From: Methanobacteriota archaeon
GTDB taxonomy: Archaea; JAADCQ01; Methanopyri; Methanopyrales; Methanopyraceae
NCBI GenBank assembly: GCA_027064425.1
Contig: JAMOPO010000027.1
Coordinates: 160,001 to 224,000, forward strand
DNA: 64,000 nucleotides
Direction: 5' to 3'
The translations under genes were made by a program, and so were the position numbers. Shown here in pieces: positions 37,707 to 46,109 of the stretch. The stretch's first letter is position 1. Each line of letters opens with the position of its first letter. A model generated the notes under the pieces. The model had not been told where the DNA came from and searched no databases. It saw nothing but the letters and a program-made list of their open reading frames with translations.

Positions 37707-39275
37707 GTGTGCGGGATCGTGTGCCTGGCCGGGAGAAGGGGGGAGGAGGTCGAGCGGGCGCTGGAGGTCATCCGGCACCGCGGCCCGGACGGGCGCGGGT
37801 TCGCCGTGGTCAGGGAGGGTGAGGTGGAGTTCTCGGAGGAGGCGCCGGACGAGGGCGAGGTTCTCCTCGGGCACGTGCGACTGCGGGTTCGAGGTGAGGA
37901 GGAGGTCCAGCCCATCACCGACGAAGACCGGGCCGTCGCAGTTGACGGGGAGCTTTACAACTACCGGCGGTTCGTGGAGGACGCTCCCTCGGACTCGTGG
38001 GCCGTGTTCGGGATGGTTAAGTCCGAGTCCGACGCCGCCGCGGCCCTGAGGCTACTGCGCGGTGAGTACGCGTTCGTGGCCGCGCTGGAGGACGGCACGG
38101 TGCTGGCCGCCCGGGACCCGATCGGTGTGCGCCCGCTCTACTTTTCCCTCGATGGAGACGGGCTCGCGATCGCCTCGGAGCGTAAGGCGCTGTGGGCGCT
38201 GGGCCTCGAAGACGCACGACGCCTGCCGCCCGGGTCGCTGCTGGTGTACCGGGATGGTGAGCTCAGGGTCCGGAACGTGGTGGACGTGCCCCGTCCGCGT
38301 CCGGGATCTTACGGGCCTGAGGACCTGCGGCGCGCGCTGGAGCGGTCGGTCCGTGACCGGGTCCGGGAGACGGAGCGAGTCGGGATCGTCCTGTCGGGCG
38401 GCGTGGACAGCTCGACGATCGCCCTGCTCGCGTCCGAGCACGCGGAAATCCGGTGCTACGCGGCGGGGTTCGAGGGTTCCGACGACGTCGAGTTCGCTGA
38501 TCGGCTGTGCGACGCGATGGGGTGGGACTTCCGCCGGATCGACCTCGGCGAGTCGTTCGAGGAGCTGGTGGCCCTGACGGTGCTGGCGGTCGAGTCGTAC
38601 AACCCTATGAAGGTGGAGGTGGGCGTTCCGATCCTGGCCTGCGCGGGGGCGATGTCCGAGGACGGGCTCAGGGTGATGCTCTCCGGGCAGGGTGCGGACG
38701 AGCTGCTGGGCGGGTATCAGCGCCACCTGCGGAACTACGGGGACTGGGAGCGGTTCGCGCTCGAGCTGTGGCGGGACGTGGCGTCGATCCACGAGGTGAA
38801 CCTGGAGCGGGACGACAAGGCCGGGATGATCCACTCGGTGGAGCTTCGGGTCCCCTACCTCGACCTGGACGTGGTCCGCGTGGGACTGGGCATTCACCCG
38901 GAGGAGAACGTCAGCGGCCCGGAGGACCGGCTGCGGAAGCGGGCGCTGCGCAAGGTGGCGGAGGAGCTGGGCCTGCCGGACTTCGTGGTGGAGCGGCGGA
39001 AGCGCGCGACCCAGTACGGGTCTCTCACCTCTAAGATGCTGGACAAGCTCGTGCGGGAGCTGGGTGTCAAGCGGGCCGTCGCCAAGCAGCTCGGGTACCG
39101 GAGTCACAAGGAGCTGTTCCTGCGCGTGGTGGGCCGGCACCTCGGCTTCCCGTGGGAGGCGCCCGACGTGCGGGAGATCGAGCGCGAGTGCTCCCGGCTG
39201 AACGTGGAGTGCGAGCTGGAGGACTTCCTGGAAGAATACGTGCGACCGCTCAGTACTCGCCGAGTGAGCGGGTGA
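37707..39275 (+). CDS. asnB: Asparagine synthetase (glutamine-hydrolysing)
   Basis: MCGI Ntn start (GTG 37707), HRGPD, RDPIGVRPLY, LSGGVDSS, SGQGADEL, ELRVPYLD. Confidence 0.92.
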   Translation: MCGIVCLAGRRGEEVERALEVIRHRGPDGRGFAVVREGEVEFSEEAPDEGEVLLGHVRLRVRGEEEVQPITDEDRAVAVDGELYNYRRFVEDAPSDSWAVFGMVKSESDAAAALRLLRGEYAFVAALEDGTVLAARDPIGVRPLYFSLDGDGLAIASERKALWALGLEDARRLPPGSLLVYRDGELRVRNVVDVPRPRPGSYGPEDLRRALERSVRDRVRETERVGIVLSGGVDSSTIALLASEHAEIRCYAAGFEGSDDVEFADRLCDAMGWDFRRIDLGESFEELVALTVLAVESYNPMKVEVGVPILACAGAMSEDGLRVMLSGQGADELLGGYQRHLRNYGDWERFALELWRDVASIHEVNLERDDKAGMIHSVELRVPYLDLDVVRVGLGIHPEENVSGPEDRLRKRALRKVAEELGLPDFVVERRKRATQYGSLTSKMLDKLVRELGVKRAVAKQLGYRSHKELFLRVVGRHLGFPWEAPDVREIERECSRLNVECELEDFLEEYVRPLSTRRVSG

Positions 39276-39660
39276 ACAGCCGGCGCGGGTCGAGCCCGGT
39301 CCGACGGGCCGTCTCGTAGTCCACGACGTACGACTTCTCCCGCTCCTCCAGGTCCTCCGGGCGGAGAAGGATCGCGTTCAGCGCGAACCCGGTCCTGCGG
39401 TGGGGCGGCTTCCACGCGATCATCGGCTCGGCGCGGAACCGCTCGGCGAACTCGACCAGCCCTTCCACCTCCTCCTTGCGCACGTAGAGCCGGTCCTCTC
39501 GACGGACCTTGCACTCCACCGCGAGGTGGCCCCGCCCCGGCACGTAGGCCACAACGTCCACGGGCCCTCCCGACCCGGCCGCTCGGATGGCCTCGCCTCC
39601 GTGCCGGCGGACGTACCTGACGAGCTGCCGCTCGAAGTCGGCCCCCTTGCGGTAGGACAC
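39250..39660 (-). CDS. hjc: Holliday junction resolvase Hjc
   Basis: YRKGADFER, RAAGSG, VDVVA, VECK. Confidence 0.9.
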   Translation of the reverse strand: MSYRKGADFERQLVRYVRRHGGEAIRAAGSGGPVDVVAYVPGRGHLAVECKVRREDRLYVRKEEVEGLVEFAERFRAEPMIAWKPPHRRTGFALNAILLRPEDLEEREKSYVVDYETARRTGLDPRRLFTRSLGEY

Positions 39661-39664
39661 CGGC

Positions 39665-40249
39665 CTACCCCTCCACGACGTCGTCCGGCACGTCCAGCGA
39701 GTCTCCCACGCGCTTCAGCACCTGCCGCACGATGATCTCGGCGATCTCCTCCTTCTCCATTCCCTCAGCGTCCAGCCAGCGAACCTCCACCCCGAACTCC
39801 CTCTCGGCGCGCCGGGCCGCCCGGCGGTACTCCTTCCTGACCTTCTCGAGGAACTCTGGGTCGAACTCCTCGTCGCGCACCAGGGGCTCCCGGTCGATCA
39901 CGTAGATAAGGTCCGGCTTGGGGACGGGGCGCTGGAGCTCCAGCAGCCAGGAGAGGTCGGCTCCCAGGGCGGACTGGTAGGCGAGGGTGCTCAGGAACGT
40001 CCGGTCGGAGAGGACCACGTCCGACCCCTCGAAGTCAACGCGCTCGAGCGTGAGCAGCCGGTCGAGGGTGAAGGCGAGGGCCTGGGCGTGGGGGTTATCC
40101 CACTTCAGGGCCTTCCTGCCCAGCTCCGTGCCGGGCTCTCGCACGATGGTCACCTCGAGCCCGTGGATCTCGAGGAGCTCGGAGGCGATGTTCACGACGG
40201 AGGACTTACCGACGCCGTCCACGCCCTCGACGCCCACGTACAGGGACAA
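39665..40249 (-). CDS. tmk: Thymidylate kinase
   Basis: EGVDGVGKSS P-loop, REP, DR, SDRTFLSTLAYQ, PKPD; TTG 40249 with GGGAGGG RBS. Confidence 0.9.
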   Translation of the reverse strand: MSLYVGVEGVDGVGKSSVVNIASELLEIHGLEVTIVREPGTELGRKALKWDNPHAQALAFTLDRLLTLERVDFEGSDVVLSDRTFLSTLAYQSALGADLSWLLELQRPVPKPDLIYVIDREPLVRDEEFDPEFLEKVRKEYRRAARRAEREFGVEVRWLDAEGMEKEEIAEIIVRQVLKRVGDSLDVPDDVVEG

Positions 40250-40272
40250 GGTCGGCCCTCCCGAGATCGGAC

Positions 40273-40290
40273 CGCGAAAATTTAATGTAT
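40273..40290 (+). promoter_or_regulatory. BRE/TATA promoter of tRNA-iMet
   Basis: CGCGAAAA-TTTAAT about 35 nt upstream of the tRNA 5' end. Confidence 0.65.
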
Positions 40291-40319
40291 TGGATGGGGA
40301 CCGGGCGCGCATGGAGGGC

Positions 40320-40398
40320 AGCGGGGCGGGGTAGCCAGGTCCATCCCGCCGGGCTCATAACCCGGAGGTCCCGGGTTCAAATCCCGGCCCCGCTACCA
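40320..40398 (+). tRNA. tRNA-Met initiator (CAT), CCA encoded, C at position 8
   Basis: AGCGGGG/CCCCGCT acceptor stem with A1-U72, anticodon stem CCGGG/CCCGG with loop CTCATAA, TTCAAAT T-loop, ends ACCA. Confidence 0.97.
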
Positions 40399-40403
40399 GT
40401 CCG

Positions 40404-40430
40404 GAATCGTTATGAGGTTCGTAACGATTC
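40404..40430. repeat. 27-bp palindromic motif, copy 2
   Basis: GAATCGTTA-TGAGGTTCG-TAACGATTC right after the tRNA. Confidence 0.75.
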
Positions 40431-40453
40431 GGGCCCGGGAGGAGGATGGAGGG

Positions 40454-41632
40454 TCAGGCTGCGGCCGGTGCCGGCGTCAGCAGCCACTGGACCAGCGTCT
40501 CCAGCAGGTAGGTGACCGTCGTCAGCAGCGAGCCTAGGAACAGGTCCTCGGGAGGTATGTCGACGCCCGTCGCGCTCTTGATGGCGGCCGCGAGCTCCCG
40601 GAATGCCTCCTGAACCTCCGGGGACAGGCCCTGGAACGCCTGGTGCTTGATGTCCTCCGGGAGCAGCATGGTCAGCACCGTGGACACCAGCGCCGCCAGG
40701 ATCGACTTCTCCAGGAAGTTCACCGTCAGCATCTCGGTGAACGTCGGCTGAGATTCCTGCCTGAGCTTACCGCCGGCCGCCCAGACGATTGCCTTCGCCA
40801 GGAGCGCGTGGGCGCCGGTTCTGTTCGTCAGCTCCGGGTGCGGTCCGAAGAGCACGAATCTGCCCCGGGGCACCCACTCGTCGCCCTCGCGGACGAAGTA
40901 CTGGCCCGCGACGATCGCCCAGCCGCGGCAGGTGTCCACGTACTCGCCCACCGGCCAGATCTTGATCATGACGTCCTTGCCTTCGATCTTGGTGTACTTG
41001 ATCCAGCACTTCTGACTCGGGTCGTACCGGAGACCCTCCTCCGGGCCGAACCCCGGGCCGTTCCAGTACTTGTACGTGAAGACGTTGTTCCACGTCCAGT
41101 CCGGCGTCAGCGGGTTGTTCGGCAGGATGAGCACGCGGCAGATCCGGTTGGGCCCGTTCATCCCGTCCACGACGGTGACGCCGTCCTGAATGAGGTCCTG
41201 GTGGCCCGGCCCGCTGGAGCTGTACTCGATGTTGCCCGCGTGCAGGTAGGCGCCCGCGCAAACGCCCACGTAGCCGATGCCCAGGTCGATCTGCGCGTGG
41301 TACAGGAGCTCCACGAAGTCGAAGTGCCAGTACCGCTCCGGGTGCCAGCCACCGGGGACGTAGATCACGTTGATCTTAGCGCCGGTGAGTGGGTCGATGC
41401 CCGTCTCCAGCACGGTCCGCCAGCGGTCCTCCCTGGTCGTGTAGTGCCACACTATCGTGTCCTGGGGACCGGTGGCCCGGTAAGTGTTCCACCAGTCCAC
41501 GATCCTCTTCGTCCGCGCCACGCAGGTATCGTCCGCACCGCCTCCCGCCCAGGTGAGGATATGAATCTCCGCGGTGGCGGGCGATGCGACGAGCGTCACG
41601 GTCGCCAGGAGCACCAGGAGGGAGGGTCTCAC
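40454..41632 (-). CDS. Secreted, C-terminally anchored class I glutamine amidotransferase-like (BPL-N-like) protein
   Basis: Signal peptide (LLVLLATVTLVASPATA), YVPGG, YVGVCAGAY, YWNGP, FGPHPE, hydrophobic C-terminal helices. Confidence 0.75.
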   Translation of the reverse strand: MRPSLLVLLATVTLVASPATAEIHILTWAGGGADDTCVARTKRIVDWWNTYRATGPQDTIVWHYTTREDRWRTVLETGIDPLTGAKINVIYVPGGWHPERYWHFDFVELLYHAQIDLGIGYVGVCAGAYLHAGNIEYSSSGPGHQDLIQDGVTVVDGMNGPNRICRVLILPNNPLTPDWTWNNVFTYKYWNGPGFGPEEGLRYDPSQKCWIKYTKIEGKDVMIKIWPVGEYVDTCRGWAIVAGQYFVREGDEWVPRGRFVLFGPHPELTNRTGAHALLAKAIVWAAGGKLRQESQPTFTEMLTVNFLEKSILAALVSTVLTMLLPEDIKHQAFQGLSPEVQEAFRELAAAIKSATGVDIPPEDLFLGSLLTTVTYLLETLVQWLLTPAPAAA

Positions 41633-41786
41633 CCGGTCACCCCCGCCCGGCCCCGGCGGGAGGCCCTTTTATCGTTGGTAGGCAAGCGGTACACCGGGCG
41701 CCGTGATGTGGATGGGATCTCCGGTGGGGATCGGGGAGGCCTCGCGGCCGATGACCGGACCGGCGGGAGCCGAAACCCGCGGGAAT

Positions 41787-42146
41787 TCACTCCAGCACCT
41801 TGATGTTCTCGACGACCTGCGGGTACAGCGTGATCTCGAAGTCGTCCTCCTCCCGCTTGATCACGATGTTACCTCGGTTGTCGATCCGCTCGACCTTACC
41901 CCGGATCTTCCTCCGACGGTACCCTTCGGGCGAGCGGTAGCGGATCACGACGACGACCTCCTTGCCCACGATGTCCTCGTCCCAGTCCGGCCTGGGGAGG
42001 TCCAGGAACTCGCCGGTCTCCACGCCGAACTCCCGGTACGACGGGATCCGCTTGATCTCCTTCCCGCACTCCGGGCACTTTAACACCTCTACGCCGTCCT
42101 CCCGGAGCTCCGGGTTCATCTCGGTCCCGCACTCCGGGCACTTCAA
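41787..42146 (-). CDS. Zn-ribbon plus Sm/Hfq-like domain protein
   Basis: Two KCPECG motifs; C-terminal GKEVVVV...RGKVERIDNRGNIVI Sm1-like pattern. Confidence 0.6.
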   Translation of the reverse strand: MKCPECGTEMNPELREDGVEVLKCPECGKEIKRIPSYREFGVETGEFLDLPRPDWDEDIVGKEVVVVIRYRSPEGYRRRKIRGKVERIDNRGNIVIKREEDDFEITLYPQVVENIKVLE

Positions 42147-42838
42147 TCCGGCTCACCCCGGGCCCGTTCGTGCTCTTCCGCGAGCTCCCGCGCGGAGCCG
42201 ACGACCTCGTACCACAGGACCACGTCCCGACCGAGCCGCTCCACGCGCTTGAGCTTTAGTCCCACGCCCTCCGCCACCGTCGGGAACCCCTTCCCCTCCA
42301 CCGGCGTGAGCGCCTCCGAGCCGCCGATCATCACGGGCGCCACCGCGACCCTGAACTCGTCGATCAGCCCATGCTTCAGGAAGCTCCAGGCGAGCGTGGG
42401 GCCACCCTCCAGCAGCAGGGACCTGACCCCGCGCTCGTACAGGACCCGCAGCCCCTCTCGCACGTCCGCGAACTCCCCTTCCCACCCGACCTCCTCCACC
42501 TCCACTCCACGCCGCTCGAGCCTGCGGCGGTGCTCCGGCTCCGCCTCGGCGCAGAGGATCAGCGTGGGGATCTCGCGGGCGGTTCGGACGAGCCGGCAGT
42601 TCAGGGGTATCCCGGTGCAGTCCGAGGAGAACACGACCCGGAGCGGGTCCTCACCCTCAACCAGCCGGACGTTGAGCATCGGGTCGTCCCTGCGCACGGT
42701 GTTCGCGCCCACGGCGACCGCGTCGTGCTCGGCCCGAAGCCGGTGCACCTCCCTCAGGTCCTCCTCGCCGGAGATCCGGGCGTCTCCCTCCACGCTCACC
42801 ACCTTGCCGTCGGCCGTCATCCCTACGTTGTACAGCAC
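42143..42838 (-). CDS. 2,5-diamino-6-(ribosylamino)-4(3H)-pyrimidinone 5'-phosphate reductase (RibD C-terminal type)
   Basis: MTADGK, HRLRA..DAVAVGANTV..DDP, LLEGG, APVMIGG. Confidence 0.9.
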   Translation of the reverse strand: MLYNVGMTADGKVVSVEGDARISGEEDLREVHRLRAEHDAVAVGANTVRRDDPMLNVRLVEGEDPLRVVFSSDCTGIPLNCRLVRTAREIPTLILCAEAEPEHRRRLERRGVEVEEVGWEGEFADVREGLRVLYERGVRSLLLEGGPTLAWSFLKHGLIDEFRVAVAPVMIGGSEALTPVEGKGFPTVAEGVGLKLKRVERLGRDVVLWYEVVGSARELAEEHERARGEPD

Positions 42839-42874
42839 CCGGGGCCGCTTCAGCGCGCGACGCCCCCTGGGACC

Positions 42875-44422
42875 TCAGTCGCGCTCCACGAGGTACCCCT
42901 CGATCCACAGGACGTCCGCGGTCCCTTTCAGGAAGGACCTGACGGCGTCCTCGGGCGAGCAGACGATCGGCTCCCCGTGAAGGTTGAAGCTGGTGTTCAG
43001 GACGGCGCCCACGCCCGTCTCCCCCTCGAAGGCCTCCAGGATCTCTCGGTAGAAGGGCAGCTCGTTTCCGAGCGTCTGGGGCCGGGTCGTCCCGTCCACG
43101 TGCACGACCGCGGGCGCCTCGCGCCTGAACTCATCCGTGGCGCGGAAGGCGAGGGTCATGAACGGGGCCCGACAGGGGTTGTGCAGGTACTCCTCGGCCC
43201 GCTCCTCGAGGATGGTCGGTGCGAAGGGCTGGTACTCGTCCCGGCCCAGGTCGCGGTTCAGCTTGTCCACGATCGCCCGGTCCCGTGGGTCCGCGAGGAT
43301 GCTCCGGGCTCCGAGCGCCCTCGGACCGTACTCCATCCTCCCCTGGAAGACGGCGACCGTCTTACCCTCCAGCAGTCGGGAGACGATGGCCTCCGGGTCC
43401 CGGCCCACCAGCTCGGCCCGGTCGAGCAGCCCGTGCTCCTTGAGCGCCCGCTCCACCTCGCTCCGGTCGTACTCGGGGCCCAGGTACACGTGCTCCAGCC
43501 GCCGCGGTCGTGGGGTTCGACCCCGGGCCAGCTCCTCCTGCGCCCAGGCCCAGAGGGCGGCCCCCGCGGCCAGCCCGCCGTCTCCCATGTTCGGGTGGAC
43601 GAAGAGGTCGAGGTCGAGCTCCTCCCGGAGGCGCATGTTGGCGATGACGTTCGCGGCGACGCCTCCGGCGTAGGCGACCCTCCGCTCCCCGTGCTCCTCG
43701 ACGTGGTGCTCGAAGTACCGGAGGAGGAGGCGCTCGAGGGCCCGCTGGGCGGTGGCCGCGAGGCGCTCCCGGTCGAGCTCGGCGAGAGGTGAGCGCTTGA
43801 GCCGGCGCACGGCCTCGCCGGAGACGGCCCCCAGGAGGTTTCGGATCCGGCCCTCCTCGACGGTGATAACCTCGCTCTCGATCCACTCGAGGGCGCGCTG
43901 GTCGGGCTCGGCGTACGCGGCCAGGCACATGACCTTGCCCTCGTCCTTCATCGGCTCGAGGCCCAGGAGCTCGGTCACGTTCGCGTAGAAGTCGCCCAGG
44001 GAGTCGTAGTAAGAGTCCGTGGCGACGCGGTGCATGCGCCCGCGCTCGCACACCCAGACGGTCGCGGAGAGGCCGTCGCCCGCCGCATCCACGGTGACCG
44101 TGAGGCAGCGGTCGAAGCCGGAGGTGTAGTAAGCCGAGGCGGCGTGGGCGACGTGGTGCTCGACGAAGTAGAGGGGGGCCTCGAGCTCCTCGGCCAGCTC
44201 GCGCAGTCGGTCGAGGAGGCGCTTGCGGCGGTAGAGACCGGCGACGGCGATCGCGTCCGGGGCCTCCGCGCGCTCGAGGACGAACCGGAGCGACCGCTCG
44301 GGGAAGCCTCGGTGGAGTTTTTTACGCGAGAACCGCTCCTCGTTGGCGGCGGCGACGAGCTCTCCGTCGCGTACGAGCGCCGCCCCGGCGTCGTGGCCGT
44401 GGTGGATTCCGACGATCTCCAC
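42875..44422 (-). CDS. O-carbamoyltransferase, NodU/CmcH family
   Basis: HDAGAAL, EERFSR.K, EHHVAHA, EGKVMCLA, GGVAAN, EYGPRALG.RS, LNTSFN. Confidence 0.92.
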   Translation of the reverse strand: MEIVGIHHGHDAGAALVRDGELVAAANEERFSRKKLHRGFPERSLRFVLERAEAPDAIAVAGLYRRKRLLDRLRELAEELEAPLYFVEHHVAHAASAYYTSGFDRCLTVTVDAAGDGLSATVWVCERGRMHRVATDSYYDSLGDFYANVTELLGLEPMKDEGKVMCLAAYAEPDQRALEWIESEVITVEEGRIRNLLGAVSGEAVRRLKRSPLAELDRERLAATAQRALERLLLRYFEHHVEEHGERRVAYAGGVAANVIANMRLREELDLDLFVHPNMGDGGLAAGAALWAWAQEELARGRTPRPRRLEHVYLGPEYDRSEVERALKEHGLLDRAELVGRDPEAIVSRLLEGKTVAVFQGRMEYGPRALGARSILADPRDRAIVDKLNRDLGRDEYQPFAPTILEERAEEYLHNPCRAPFMTLAFRATDEFRREAPAVVHVDGTTRPQTLGNELPFYREILEAFEGETGVGAVLNTSFNLHGEPIVCSPEDAVRSFLKGTADVLWIEGYLVERD

Positions 44423-44437
44423 GGGGGTGCTCCCCTG

Positions 44438-44752
44438 TTGGCGGAACGTCGTCGTCGGTACGTCCGGTTTCAGCAGCTCGTGGGGATGGAGGTTTACACG
44501 GAGGAGGGGAACAAGGTCGGCACGGTCCGAGACGTTACCTTCGACCCGGAGACGGGCGACCTGAAGAGGTTAATCGTTGTGGTGACGGAGGAGTCGCCGG
44601 GCGGGCTGATTCCGATCCCGGGCGTCGAGGAGAAGCGGGTGGAGAACCTTAACGCGGCCGCCGTCAAGGCGGTGGGCGATATCGTCATCGTGGAGGCCCG
44701 AGGACGCTCGGAGGAGGAGAAGAAGCGGTCCAAGGAGGAGGGAGAGGAGTAG
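44438..44752 (+). CDS. PRC-barrel domain protein (CdpB-like)
   Basis: LVGMEVYTEEGNKVGTVRDV...VKAVGDIVIV; TTG 44438 with GGGGGTG RBS. Confidence 0.8.
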   Translation: MAERRRRYVRFQQLVGMEVYTEEGNKVGTVRDVTFDPETGDLKRLIVVVTEESPGGLIPIPGVEEKRVENLNAAAVKAVGDIVIVEARGRSEEEKKRSKEEGEE

Positions 44753-45382
44753 TTGCCGGTGGTGTTCGTCGAGCACGCGGACCGGTGGTCCCCGTGGCTG
44801 GACCTGGAGTACACCGAGTCCTTCAGGGTGGCCCGGGGGTACGGCTGGGAGTTCACGGTCACGGGCGCCGACCCGGAGGTGTTGGCCAAGGCCCGGTACC
44901 CGGCCCTGCCGTACTCGGGCTCGGAGCTCCCGTTAAAGGGCGAGCGGGTGGTCGTGCTGGACCCGGACGCGGAGGAGCCGCTGACGCCGGACGAGGAGCC
45001 GGACGTGATCGTGGTGGGTGGGATCCTGGGGGACCATCCCCGGCGGCACCGGACCCGGAAGCTCATCACGCCCCGGTTCGAGGGGGCGGAGGTGAGGCAC
45101 CTGGGTGATTACCACTTCAGCATCGACGGCGCGGTCCGGGTCGCCCTGATAATCCTGGAGGAAGGGCTGGAGATTGAGGAGCTCGAGGTGGTGGAGCGGC
45201 CGGAGGTGGAGCTGGAGGACGGCCACTCGGTGCGGCTCCACTGCGATTACCCGGCGGAGGACGGGCGCCCGATCCTGCCGGAGGGGTTGCTGGAGTACCT
45301 CCGGGAGGGGATCATCGAGTATGAGGAAGCTGAGCTTAGGGCTCGTGGGCGTGGGAGGGATCGGGTCAACGGTGCTGACTGA
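44753..45382 (+). CDS. Sfm1-like SPOUT methyltransferase (DUF431)
   Basis: EH...WLDLEY, VLDP.A..PL, VGGILGDHP..RT, SIDGAV. Confidence 0.82.
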   Translation: MPVVFVEHADRWSPWLDLEYTESFRVARGYGWEFTVTGADPEVLAKARYPALPYSGSELPLKGERVVVLDPDAEEPLTPDEEPDVIVVGGILGDHPRRHRTRKLITPRFEGAEVRHLGDYHFSIDGAVRVALIILEEGLEIEELEVVERPEVELEDGHSVRLHCDYPAEDGRPILPEGLLEYLREGIIEYEEAELRARGRGRDRVNGAD

Positions 45383-46109
45383 GGCGGCGGAGGGCCGGCT
45401 CCGGGGCCGCGTGGAGCCGGTGGCCGCGTGCGACAGGAACCGGGAGCGGCTGGAGTGGGTGCGGGAGCTTTTCCCGGAGTGCGAGACCACGACGGAGCTG
45501 GAGGAGGCGCTGGAGTGGGACTGCGACGTGATCGTGGAGGCGGCGTCCGTGGAGGCCGCCGCGGAGCTGCTGCCGGAGGCCCTGGAGCGCGCGGACGTCG
45601 TCATCCTTAGCGTGGGAGCCCTGGTGCTGGAGGACGGGCTGCTGGAGGAGTGCCTGGAGGTTGCGGAGCGGACGGGCCACCGGCTGTTCGTTCCCTCCGG
45701 GGCCGTGGGCGGTCTGGACGTGCTCCGGGCCGTGAGCGGGGCGGTCGAGGAGGTGGTGCTGACGACGATCAAGCCGCCGGAGTCCCTGGGCCGGGATGCG
45801 GAGGAGCGCGAGGTGGTCTTCGAGGGGTCCGTGCGGGAGGCGGTGAAGCGGTTCCCGAGGAACGTCAACGTGGCGGCCGCCATCTCGCTGGCGGTGGGCG
45901 ACCCGTCCCGGGTCCGGGTCAGAGTGGTGTGCGACCCGGAGGTCGATCGTAACACGCACATCATCGAGGTCCGGTCGGAGGTGGGCGACTACCGGTTCGA
46001 GCTGCGGAACGCGGCCCTGCCGGAGAACCCGAAGACGAGCGCCCTGGCGGCGTACTCGACCGTCGCGCTCCTGGAGCGGCTGACCGAGGGGCTCCGGGTG
46101 GGGACTTGA
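45321..46109 (+). CDS. nadX: L-aspartate dehydrogenase
   Basis: GLVGVGGIG, VEAAS, SVGAL, PSGAVGGLD, FPRNVNVAA, NPKTS.LA. Confidence 0.92.
   Translation: MRKLSLGLVGVGGIGSTVLTEAAEGRLRGRVEPVAACDRNRERLEWVRELFPECETTTELEEALEWDCDVIVEAASVEAAAELLPEALERADVVILSVGALVLEDGLLEECLEVAERTGHRLFVPSGAVGGLDVLRAVSGAVEEVVLTTIKPPESLGRDAEEREVVFEGSVREAVKRFPRNVNVAAAISLAVGDPSRVRVRVVCDPEVDRNTHIIEVRSEVGDYRFELRNAALPENPKTSALAAYSTVALLERLTEGLRVGT

Noticed and set aside
40383-41655. Possible att duplication of the tRNA 3' end (CCCGGCCCCG at 41646) bracketing the secreted gene
   Set aside because: Only 10 nt and all G/C in a GC-rich genome, with no integrase nearby, so probably chance.
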